Assembly (NCBI GenBank): GCA_039798785.1 | Contig: JBDKFG010000007.1 | Span: forward strand, 1 to 64,000 | Source: Verrucomicrobiota bacterium | Lineage (GTDB): Bacteria > Verrucomicrobiota > Lentisphaeria > Lentisphaerales > Lentisphaeraceae | Direction of reading: 5' to 3' | Length of the DNA: 64,000 nt | Part shown: piece by piece, positions 28,301 through 37,229 of the stretch | How positions within the stretch are numbered: position 1 is the stretch's first letter | Layout of the letters: every line of letters begins with the position of its first letter | Translations under genes and position numbers: made by a program | The notes under the pieces: generated by a model | What the model saw: only the letters and a program-made list of their open reading frames with translations | Told to the model about the DNA's origin: nothing | The model's database searches: none

Positions 28301-29599
28301 ATGAACAGCCCCCAGAAGATCGTCATCGTCGGCGGCGGCTTCGCCGGCCTCAATCTCGCCAAAGGTCTGGCCAACGACCGCCGTTTCGACATCACCTTGA
28401 TCGACCGCCGCAACCACCACCTCTTCCAGCCCCTCCTCTACCAGGTCGCCTCCTGCGGCCTGTCGCCGGCCGACATCGCGCGCCCGATCCGGCAGATCCT
28501 GCGCAAGGCGGAGAACGTCACCGTCCTGCTCGCCACCGCCCAGAAGGTCGACGCCGAAACGAAGCAGCTGATCACCGACAAGGGGCCGGTCCCCTACGAC
28601 CGCCTCGTCCTCGCCTGCGGCGCCCGCCACAGCTATTTCGGCAAGGACCAGTGGGAGGAGTTCGCCCCCGGCCTGAAGACGCTCAACCAGGCGACCGAGA
28701 TGCGCCGCCGCATCCTGCTCGCCTTCGAGAACGCCGAGGCCGAGCCCGATCCGGAGAAGCGACGAGCCGAATTGAGCTTCGTCGTCGTCGGCGGCGGCCC
28801 CACCGGGGTCGAGCTCGCCGGCGCCATCGGCGAACTCGCCCGGCACACCTTGAAGTCCGACTTCCGCCGCATCAATCCCGCCGATGCCAAGATCCTCCTG
28901 GTCGAAGCCGGCCCCCGCATCCTGCCGATGTTCGACGAAAGCCTCGCCCAGCAAGCGCGACAGCAGCTCGCCGAGCTCGGCGTCGAAGTGATCACCGGCA
29001 AAGGGGTCACCGCCATCGATGCCGAGGGGGTCGAGATCGCCGGCAATCGCGTCGCCGCCAAGACCGTGCTCTGGGGCGCCGGCGTCCAGGCTTCGAAACT
29101 GGGCAGCACCATCGCCGGAGCCGAGATCGACCGGTCCGGACGGGTCAAGGTCGACGAGTTCCTCGCGGTGCCGCAGCATCCAGAGGTCTTCGTCCTCGGC
29201 GACATGGCGCATTGCGCCAATCCCGCGGTGAAGGACAAGGAGGGGCGGCCGATGCCACTGCCCGGCGTCGCTCCGGTGGCGATGCAGCAGGGGAATTATC
29301 TCGCGTCCGAGCTTCGCCGCCGCGCCTCCGGCAAAGAGCCGCGCCCCTTCCGATATCTTGACAAGGGCAGCATGGCGACCATCGGCCGCAGCCGCGCGAT
29401 CTGCCAGACCGGCAGTGTCAAGATGGCCGGCTTCACCGCCTGGCTCGCCTGGATGTTCATCCACGTCTACTACCTCGTCGGCTTCACCAACCGCTTCGGC
29501 ATCATCATCAAGTGGACCTGGAACTACTTCACCTTCCGTAAAAGCGCCCGCCTCATCGTCGGCAAGGAATGGCGCTTCTCCAAGAAGGTCCAGGATTGA
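28301..29599 (+). CDS. ndh: Type II NADH dehydrogenase (NDH-2), copy 2
   Basis: Same motifs as, and highly similar to, 21484-22812; AAGGAA RBS. Confidence 0.92.
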   Translation: MNSPQKIVIVGGGFAGLNLAKGLANDRRFDITLIDRRNHHLFQPLLYQVASCGLSPADIARPIRQILRKAENVTVLLATAQKVDAETKQLITDKGPVPYDRLVLACGARHSYFGKDQWEEFAPGLKTLNQATEMRRRILLAFENAEAEPDPEKRRAELSFVVVGGGPTGVELAGAIGELARHTLKSDFRRINPADAKILLVEAGPRILPMFDESLAQQARQQLAELGVEVITGKGVTAIDAEGVEIAGNRVAAKTVLWGAGVQASKLGSTIAGAEIDRSGRVKVDEFLAVPQHPEVFVLGDMAHCANPAVKDKEGRPMPLPGVAPVAMQQGNYLASELRRRASGKEPRPFRYLDKGSMATIGRSRAICQTGSVKMAGFTAWLAWMFIHVYYLVGFTNRFGIIIKWTWNYFTFRKSARLIVGKEWRFSKKVQD

Positions 29600-29616
29600 A
29601 GCGGGCGCGTCAAGAT

Positions 29617-30780
29617 TCAGGATGGATTTCGCTGCATTCGAAATTCCCCTGCAGTCACGCCATGGGCATCGCGAAAAACACTTTGCATGGAGACGACATT
29701 TGGAAAGCCGGCGTCGAGAGCGACGCGCTCGATGGTGAATTCTGGTCGCTCTCGAAGCAGGCGCTCGGCGGCTTCGAGTCTGAGCTTCTGGAGCATATCC
29801 AAGAGGCTGAGGCCGGTGGCATCACGGAAATCCCGCTCAAGACTGCGACGAGCGACGGAAAGCTGCTCGGCGATTGACTGGACGCTTGAGCAGCTCCGGA
29901 GGTCAGTTCGCATCAGCCGGAGGGCTGCCGCTGCGCGCGGGTGGTGCACGGTGTGGACATCGCTGGATTCACGGAGAACCACCCCTTTGGCCGGGATTCG
30001 CAGATGTTGACATTCAGGCTTTTTGCCGAGCAGCAGGGTCTCCAGCAAGCGGGCAGCTTGGTAGCCGACTTCCCAATTGTTGCGGTCGATGCTGGAGAGA
30101 GGGGGGGTCGACAGCTCGCAGTACTGGGGTTCGTTGTCGCAAGCCAGCACCGCGATGTCCTCTGGCACCCGCAGTCCGGCCTGCGAGCAGGCCGCGAGGA
30201 TGTTGAACCCGCAGTAGTCGTTGGCGGCGAAAATTGCGGCTGGCCTAGCGAGGGAAAGCAGTTTTATGATCAGCGCATCTGGATCGATAGGCAGTTGACG
30301 GAATTTCTGGGCGCCTCGATTGGGGATTTCGCATTCGACATTCACACATTGATGACCGGCTTTCTTCAGCGCCGCTGCGAACCCCTGCCGCCGCTCGAAG
30401 AATACTGGCAGCTGGAAATAACTAAAGAAGTAGAAGTTCCGGAAGCCGCGGGTGAGAAAGTGTTCGGCGGCCAGTACGCCGAATTGATGGTAGTCGAAAC
30501 AGACTCCGGGCAGGCCGGCAAGGGGTAGTGCCGTATTGACGACTGGTATGCCGAGTGAGCGCAGCTCCATGGCGCACTCGAGATCGCGCAAAGGCCCGAT
30601 AACGCCTTCGATTCCGAGCTGCCGCAGCTGCTCGGCCGAGGCGACATACGATTCTTCCAAGAGGGGAACCGACCAGGTGAAGCAAGAGTTTCGCTTGAAT
30701 GCGATGATTCCGTCCAGCAGCCCGTCTCTCTGGCTCAAGGCGATGCGTCTCGCCGGCTTCATCGTTGCCTGATTCATCAT
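29617..30780 (-). CDS. XylR-type regulator (LacI-like ligand-binding domain + AraC HTH)
   Basis: AAEHFLTRGFRNF, AIFAAND, VPEDIAV, PLSSID, C-terminal AraC helices. Confidence 0.9.
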   Translation of the reverse strand: MMNQATMKPARRIALSQRDGLLDGIIAFKRNSCFTWSVPLLEESYVASAEQLRQLGIEGVIGPLRDLECAMELRSLGIPVVNTALPLAGLPGVCFDYHQFGVLAAEHFLTRGFRNFYFFSYFQLPVFFERRQGFAAALKKAGHQCVNVECEIPNRGAQKFRQLPIDPDALIIKLLSLARPAAIFAANDYCGFNILAACSQAGLRVPEDIAVLACDNEPQYCELSTPPLSSIDRNNWEVGYQAARLLETLLLGKKPECQHLRIPAKGVVLRESSDVHTVHHPRAAAALRLMRTDLRSCSSVQSIAEQLSVARRSLERDFRDATGLSLLDMLQKLRLEAAERLLRERPEFTIERVALDAGFPNVVSMQSVFRDAHGVTAGEFRMQRNPS

Positions 30781-30907
30781 GGGTCCAGATCCGGGATGCG
30801 TGCAGTTAGCCTTGGGAGCAGGAGAATGCTCGGCGCACTATAGCACGTCTTTTGATCGGATTTCGGGACTCACTGGACCACTGGATCTGACTGACCTGTT
30901 CGGCTCC

Positions 30908-33900
30908 TCATCGGCTGGTTATTTGTGCGCGGACCAAGGTTTGGCCTCCGTCCGTAGAGTGGTAAAGGCCGTCGTTAAACAGCAAAGCGACAATCCGCCC
31001 CGAAGTGGGGTCCGCCGCTGCCGAAACCAGGCCACCTTTCGGGACGTCTCCCTTGATCTCCTGCCACTGCCAATTCAGCTGCCAATCTGTGCTGACCGCC
31101 AGCCGTCCCGGCAAGCCGGGAGTTAAAGCCTGGGTGAGGCTGCGGCCGCTGCGAGTGCCCTCGCCATTGCCCGAGCTGGCGATGGCGGTGCAAGGACGAA
31201 GCCATTCGAGATTCTTCCTATCCGAATGCAGAAAACTCCGGCTGCCGTGCGAGCCTTGAAGGCCGTGAGTGGTGGCATAGGACATGTCATCGGCGGTGTA
31301 CAGGCCTTTTTCGAAGCTGAGGTTGTAGAGGCCGGTGTCGACGCGTTCGAAAACCGTGTGGAATGTCCGGCCTCCGTCGCGGCTGATGCGGCTGAAGCTG
31401 GCCTTGGCATGGGAAGGGACGCTCGGCTCGCCGCGTCCGAGGAAGCGCATCCATTCGTCAGGACAGGTCAGGATTCCGAGCTGGGCCTGGCCGGTTCCGC
31501 CACTCGGATGCTGAGCTTCCCACGGCCAGGGACGGACGCAAGTGATGCGTTCGCCTTCGAGCCCGGTGCGGCGCCAGGTCCTGCCGAGATCGTCGCTGCG
31601 GAAGAATCCGCGCGATTCGCAGCCGGCAAAGACGGTGTCGGGCTTCTGCGGATCGAAAGCAAGAATCTCGCCGCAGAGCGCCGAAGGACCTTCGCCGTCG
31701 AAATCGCCGTCGAAGTCAAGCTTGTTCCAGCTGGCGCCGCCGTCGCGGCTGAGCCACAGGCTGCTGCCCGATCTGCCGCGGCCGCAGGCGCGGAGGAGGA
31801 GTTGCGGATCGCTCGGATGGACGGCGACACTGCGGACAAAGAGCGCATCGCCCTTGAGTTGGCCGTCCGCTCCTTGCCAGGACTTGCCGCCGTCGCCCGA
31901 GCGGAGCAGGCCGAGGCCGCTGGAGCGCAGATAGAGGACTGCTGGATTCGATGCCGCCATGATCACGCCGGTGCGGCGCATGCCGTCCCAGTCTTTGACG
32001 GCGGCAGGTCGAGGTATGTCCATGCCTTGGGCCAAGCCGGGCTCGATGGCCAATCGGCTGACAGAGGCGGTGAAATGGGCGCGAGCATGCTGCGGAAGCG
32101 AGTTGATGAAGAGCCCTGCCGCGACTTCCTCCATTGCGGGGCGGAATTGCCAGGCTCCCAGTTCCCAAGCCTGGCCATCGACCGAGGTCCACGCGGTCCA
32201 CACCTGGCCTTGACGGACCAGACGCAGCCAAGGCCGGTCCTTGGGGAGTTGGAAGCTCGACATCCGGCTGGCGCCGAGGTCTGAGAAATCCGGGCTGACT
32301 CGGAGCCCTTGTCTGCCGGTCTGGATGATGTAGAACTGCTGGCCCCATTCCCAGGGTCTGTACTCGGGGTGCTCCTGCGCCGAGAGGCCGATCCAGGAGG
32401 CGGGATTGACCGGTTCGCCTTTCAGGCCGTTGCAGGCATCGACCCGGCAGGTCAGGGTGAAGTCACCTTTGACTTTTCGGCTGAGGAAGTGTGTGCCTTC
32501 GCCGAAAAATGCATAGCTGCCAGGGCCGGACTGGGTGATGGTGAAGCGCGATTTCTGGTCGCCGGCATTGCGGTGCGACCAGCTTGAATCGAGGGTGGCC
32601 GTGTCAATCGCCAGTGACAGGGGTTTTCCGTCGACGGTTTGATTCTGATCATAGAAGACCCGTGTCCACAAGGAGTTTTCTCCTGCCGGCAAGGAGCCTT
32701 GGTATTCCAGCCTCCTTTCCTGAGATTCAGCCAGTTGCAAGCTGCCGAGGAAAAGGACGACTTTTTGAATCCGGTGGCTTCCGGGAGACACCTCGACAGT
32801 GGCTTTGCCGCAGCCGGGGGCAAGTGCGGAGGCCTTGCACTGCACCTGCGGCAGGCTGTCGTCGCTACGATGGCGGAGGGCGTCGAGAGGGATGGCTTGC
32901 CGGCCGAAACCGGGGCCTTCCCAGTCGAGCTGGAAATTGCGGTTGTAGGTTTTATCGATCAGGACGAGCGCCTCGAAGGGGTGATCACCTTTGCCGAGAT
33001 GGAGGGTGAGGGTTTTCTCCTCGGATCCGAGCTGGTCGTCGCGTATCAGCCCGGGCTGGCCTGCGATGCTGATCTGGTAAGCTCCGTCGATGTTGGCGCG
33101 CAGCAGATACAAGCCGCTGGCGGGAGCGCGGAGGTAGCCCTTGAAGCGCATGGCATAGGCCTGATTGCGATCGCCGCGAAGAGTGCTGTCGAAGCCGCGG
33201 GATATCCCGGATTGAACCAATTTGCCGGTACCGATTTCGTCGAGCTTGATCCATGCGTGTCTTTCGTTGGGATGGAGAAGTGCATGATAAAGGATGCTCT
33301 CCTGCCGCTCTCCTTCTTTCAGAATCAGTTCGTACTCGAGGCCAGGCGAACTGGCGACGGGAAGAGAGGGTGCCGGGGCATCAGCGGCGACGGCGGCGGC
33401 GATTACGGGCGTTGCAGCCTGATCGTAGACATCTATCATGGTCAAGCGGACGTAAGGATGGCTCAAGTCAACATCGAGCAGAGCTGAGCGGATGTGCGGC
33501 ATCCTTTCGCTTCTCGAAGCCCGCGGCATGCCGCGGCATTCAGGATTGTCGAACACTTCGAGCTTGTAAGCGAATGACGGGGAGGAGTGGGCGGGAATCT
33601 CCCAATCGACCTGGATCTGACGGCCGTTGGTGCGTGCCTGAAATTTGCCGACGAGAGGTTTGTCGAGCTGGGGCAGATCGGCCTGCCTGACTTTGAAAGA
33701 GACTCTCTTGTCCGAGGGGATCAAGGGCCCCTTGAGACGCATCGGCATGAGGTCAGGTTTCTGGGAGTATTCGATGGCGGCGTATTCATGCTCTCCTTCG
33801 GCGATGACATTGACGGCGACGAATTTGGATTTGTCGATAGTGATCATATCCGCCTTGCGCCATTTTCCGTCTTTGCGGCAATATCCGAAGCGTCGGTCGA

Positions 33901-34534
33901 GGGGGTGGACGACGGCGCCTGTGCCGGCTCCAAGCGGCTCGATGAAGCCGCAATTGCCTTTGAAGGAAGTTGCGGCGAGCGGCAGCCGGGCGATGCCTAT
34001 GAGGCGCCATTGTTTAGAGGTGCCGTCCTTGATCCAGCGGCCGATATACGAGCAGTCGCCGCCGTCAAGAGGGCGCCAGACCCGAGCCAGCATGGTGTGC
34101 CAGGCTCCACTTTTGACTCCTTGCCAAGCAAAGCCCGGAAGCGACCCGCAGGCACCTTCGTGGATGTAGGTGTTGTTGAAAGTGCAGTGGGCATTGGAGG
34201 CGATGAAACGCACCGGTTCGCCGTTCTCCGCACCACCCCAGAAGGACCAGACCGAATCGGGCCGGTGGGCATCCTGGACGGCTGGATCGAGGTTGGGGCG
34301 GAAGTCCGCGGCATTGGGAACGGTTGAGGTGAAGCCGGCGTAGAAGGTGATTTTCGAAGAAGGATTGAAGCTGGAATTCCAGTTGGCGTAATAGGTGCCT
34401 GAGCACCACCATGGCCAGCGCAGATCCATCTGGATCAGATCAGATCCATCCTCGACATTCTCCTCATACCAGGTGGCCTGGAGGGCGAGCGGCAGAATGG
34501 CGAGCAGAAAAATCGATGTAAAGAAGCGACTCAT
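30908..34534 (-). CDS. Large secreted multidomain glycan-active protein (N-terminal jelly-roll-like, FN3-like, PA14, ConA-like, BNR/Asp-box propeller)
   Basis: Signal peptide; PA14-like MRFKGYLRAPASGLY; WLRLVRQGQVWTAWTSVDG; five SxDxGxxW/F/L boxes. Confidence 0.65.
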   Translation of the reverse strand: MSRFFTSIFLLAILPLALQATWYEENVEDGSDLIQMDLRWPWWCSGTYYANWNSSFNPSSKITFYAGFTSTVPNAADFRPNLDPAVQDAHRPDSVWSFWGGAENGEPVRFIASNAHCTFNNTYIHEGACGSLPGFAWQGVKSGAWHTMLARVWRPLDGGDCSYIGRWIKDGTSKQWRLIGIARLPLAATSFKGNCGFIEPLGAGTGAVVHPLDRRFGYCRKDGKWRKADMITIDKSKFVAVNVIAEGEHEYAAIEYSQKPDLMPMRLKGPLIPSDKRVSFKVRQADLPQLDKPLVGKFQARTNGRQIQVDWEIPAHSSPSFAYKLEVFDNPECRGMPRASRSERMPHIRSALLDVDLSHPYVRLTMIDVYDQAATPVIAAAVAADAPAPSLPVASSPGLEYELILKEGERQESILYHALLHPNERHAWIKLDEIGTGKLVQSGISRGFDSTLRGDRNQAYAMRFKGYLRAPASGLYLLRANIDGAYQISIAGQPGLIRDDQLGSEEKTLTLHLGKGDHPFEALVLIDKTYNRNFQLDWEGPGFGRQAIPLDALRHRSDDSLPQVQCKASALAPGCGKATVEVSPGSHRIQKVVLFLGSLQLAESQERRLEYQGSLPAGENSLWTRVFYDQNQTVDGKPLSLAIDTATLDSSWSHRNAGDQKSRFTITQSGPGSYAFFGEGTHFLSRKVKGDFTLTCRVDACNGLKGEPVNPASWIGLSAQEHPEYRPWEWGQQFYIIQTGRQGLRVSPDFSDLGASRMSSFQLPKDRPWLRLVRQGQVWTAWTSVDGQAWELGAWQFRPAMEEVAAGLFINSLPQHARAHFTASVSRLAIEPGLAQGMDIPRPAAVKDWDGMRRTGVIMAASNPAVLYLRSSGLGLLRSGDGGKSWQGADGQLKGDALFVRSVAVHPSDPQLLLRACGRGRSGSSLWLSRDGGASWNKLDFDGDFDGEGPSALCGEILAFDPQKPDTVFAGCESRGFFRSDDLGRTWRRTGLEGERITCVRPWPWEAQHPSGGTGQAQLGILTCPDEWMRFLGRGEPSVPSHAKASFSRISRDGGRTFHTVFERVDTGLYNLSFEKGLYTADDMSYATTHGLQGSHGSRSFLHSDRKNLEWLRPCTAIASSGNGEGTRSGRSLTQALTPGLPGRLAVSTDWQLNWQWQEIKGDVPKGGLVSAAADPTSGRIVALLFNDGLYHSTDGGQTLVRAQITSR

Positions 34535-34572
34535 CGGGGGTCTCCAGGGCAAGGTGATAGTTAGAGGACACA

Positions 34573-37170
34573 TCAGTTTTCCGGTGCAAGTTCCAATCTC
34601 TCGCCCCGGGCTGTCTTGAGGATCAGCCTCTCTCCCGCGGCGCTCTCCATGGGCCGGCTCTTGCGGCTGATCTTCACCTTGTGGCCCGGCCAGGGATTGA
34701 GAATGGTGCACTCGCCTCCCGCCTCGCTGGAAATGGCGACGCCGCTGACTACGCCCTTTTTGAGTTCAGCCGAGACCAGGAATGCGCCGACGGCGCGCAG
34801 CTTGCCGAATCGGGCATCCAGCTCTCTGGGCCAGCAGGGAAAGAGGCGGATGACACCTTCATGCGATTGCATCAGCATCTCGGTGACCGCGAGGGATGGA
34901 GAGACGTTTTCGATGCCGCCGCCGCCGAAATTGAGGAGTTTGTTGGGCAGGCTGTGTTGAGCGTACAGCCTGTGCATTTCGGCCAGGGTTTTTCTGGGGT
35001 CGTAGCCGACACGGACACAGGCCGTGTACCATGAAGAACTGCCGTTGTAATCGCTCCATCTGCCCATGGCGTCGATCATGTTGAGGCTGGTGTCGATCAA
35101 GGACTTGTCGCTATCCAGGCCGATGGCGCCGGCGGGAAATATGTGCTGGATGCCGAGCGTGTTGTCGTTCCTCCAGGCAGTCCCGGTCTCGGTGTAGCGG
35201 AAAACCAACTTGCCGTCTCGCTTCTGGGTGGGGAAATCGCTGAGTCGCGACCGGATGTCCCTCCACTTGGTTCGACGCTCGTGATCAGTATTGAGTACTT
35301 CGCTCATTTCCGGCAGGATGCCGAACAGAGCGCGGAGCAGGCCGATGCTGACGATGGGGTTGACATCGGTAGGGCTGTCGTTTTCATGGATGGCGTCGTT
35401 GCGGATCACATAGCGGCCGTTTTCGAGCTTCAGGTAATCCTCCCAGAAATCCGCGACCCCTGTGAGGTAGGCGTAGCCCTCCCGCTTCAGCCAGTCGACG
35501 TCGCGGGAATGCTGCCAGTGCCAGATGTAGGGTAGGGCGGCATATGCGGCATTGCTGCGTTGTCCGAAGTCGCTGTTGTCTCCTTCGGGGCACATTCCCC
35601 ATGGGCCGATCGAGACTGGAAGATGAATGCCTTTCCAGCCGCGGGCTGCTGCGATCTTGCGGCCGCGAGGAATGGACTGGTTGATGGCGATGTAGTAGGG
35701 CAATGTCAGGTCGAGGTGATTGGCGCTGTACAAGCCATAGAAGGGTGCCTGGAAATTGTAGTTGAGGTGATAATCGCCGTGCCATGCGGGATTGTCGACG
35801 GTGATCCAATTCCCCCAGAGGCCCGGGGCGACTTTGCCGGGGCGGCTGCAGCAAGCCATGGTGTACCACGAGGCATACCACGATTGCTCGATCGTCTTGT
35901 CGGGGATTTCGATGAACGAACGGTCCCAGAAGGCCTGCCACCAGGTTCTGTGGGCGGCGATGGAGCTTAATAGCGTCTCGAGAGTCATGCTTGAACAAAG
36001 ATCGCGAGCTGCGGCTTGCGGCTCTTTGCCAGGGACATCCAGATCACTTAGGATCGCAGTGCAGATGGTCGCCTGTCTTCCGGGAGGCAGGGTGAAGGTC
36101 CTTCCTTCAGCTCCGAGCACGCGGCTGGCCAAGGCGAGCCGCCGGCCTTCGGGATCGGGAGCGTCCGGCGCGTAAAGGAATTCGCTGCCCGAGTCGAGAG
36201 GCTCGCCGCCAAGCTGGGCTTTCAATTTGCCATCCACGATCAATCTCATGGCCGTTCCGTCAAAAGTGGCGGCGAGGTGGATCCACTGGTTCAGCGGCAG
36301 GCGTTCATCGGATTGAACCATGACGCCGTCTATGGTGAAGCGGAGCCGACCTTGTGAAAGCCCGAGGCTGAAGCACTGGTTCCATTCACCCCTGCTGACC
36401 AGATAGTCCGCATCCGAGGACAAGGTCGCCGCCTTGATCCAACAGCTTATGGTGATCGCCTTGCTGAGCTGCGGCGCGACCAGGACCTTGCCTGACTTGC
36501 CATCGAAGACTTCGGCTGCAGGGCGGGGCGACTTCACAAGCTCGGCGATCTCCTTGTCTCCGAGGGCGCGGTCCAGGATCTGGAAGCCCGCCATTTCGCC
36601 ATTGAAGAACCAACGACCCCGTCCGTACTGCTCGCAGCCGACTTTGACCGGAGAGGCATTGGCGGGAATCGATTTCGGCAGATTTCCTCCCGGCGCGCCC
36701 TTGACGGTCTTCAACGTGAATGACAGGGGCGAGCCGCCTCGGTTGTTAATCTCGGTGAACAGGATGTTGCGATTGGCGTCGACCCATGTTCTTGATTTCA
36801 GGTGTGCCCTGCCCTTGACATAATCGCCCCGGATCTCGGCGAGGGACATATCCTGGACAGTCTCGAACTGGGCACCTTGCAGCTCGGGACAAACAAGCCG
36901 CAAATGGCCGACGGCTATCGGCGATTGCCGTTTGCGGCTCCAGAAGTCATTTTTGCCGATATAGAAGAGCAGGCAATCTGCGGCGCCGGACTGCATCACG
37001 CCTACATCGCCGTTGCCGAGCAAGGGGCCGGATGCCATGTGGGCAGTCGCAGTCCCGCAAGGAGCTTTCTGGGTGATGGAGTGGCGGGCGACTATGGCCG
37101 TCTCCTCGGGCCGGGGGGCTTCCTCCGCTCCTGCTTGGAGCAGAAACGCAGAGAGGATTGAGTGCAGCAT
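34573..37170 (-). CDS. GH95-like glycoside hydrolase with an inserted LamG/ConA-like domain
   Basis: LLGNGDVG, PGLWGNW, WHGDYHLNYNFQ, EMLMQSHEGVIRLFPCWP, LRAVGAFLVSA. Confidence 0.85.
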   Translation of the reverse strand: MLHSILSAFLLQAGAEEAPRPEETAIVARHSITQKAPCGTATAHMASGPLLGNGDVGVMQSGAADCLLFYIGKNDFWSRKRQSPIAVGHLRLVCPELQGAQFETVQDMSLAEIRGDYVKGRAHLKSRTWVDANRNILFTEINNRGGSPLSFTLKTVKGAPGGNLPKSIPANASPVKVGCEQYGRGRWFFNGEMAGFQILDRALGDKEIAELVKSPRPAAEVFDGKSGKVLVAPQLSKAITISCWIKAATLSSDADYLVSRGEWNQCFSLGLSQGRLRFTIDGVMVQSDERLPLNQWIHLAATFDGTAMRLIVDGKLKAQLGGEPLDSGSEFLYAPDAPDPEGRRLALASRVLGAEGRTFTLPPGRQATICTAILSDLDVPGKEPQAAARDLCSSMTLETLLSSIAAHRTWWQAFWDRSFIEIPDKTIEQSWYASWYTMACCSRPGKVAPGLWGNWITVDNPAWHGDYHLNYNFQAPFYGLYSANHLDLTLPYYIAINQSIPRGRKIAAARGWKGIHLPVSIGPWGMCPEGDNSDFGQRSNAAYAALPYIWHWQHSRDVDWLKREGYAYLTGVADFWEDYLKLENGRYVIRNDAIHENDSPTDVNPIVSIGLLRALFGILPEMSEVLNTDHERRTKWRDIRSRLSDFPTQKRDGKLVFRYTETGTAWRNDNTLGIQHIFPAGAIGLDSDKSLIDTSLNMIDAMGRWSDYNGSSSWYTACVRVGYDPRKTLAEMHRLYAQHSLPNKLLNFGGGGIENVSPSLAVTEMLMQSHEGVIRLFPCWPRELDARFGKLRAVGAFLVSAELKKGVVSGVAISSEAGGECTILNPWPGHKVKISRKSRPMESAAGERLILKTARGERLELAPEN

Positions 37171-37229
37171 GGAAAAGCTCCTTCTACAAAGGTTGCGCAG
37201 GATTTGTCATAAGAGGGAGGCTCAGGAAA

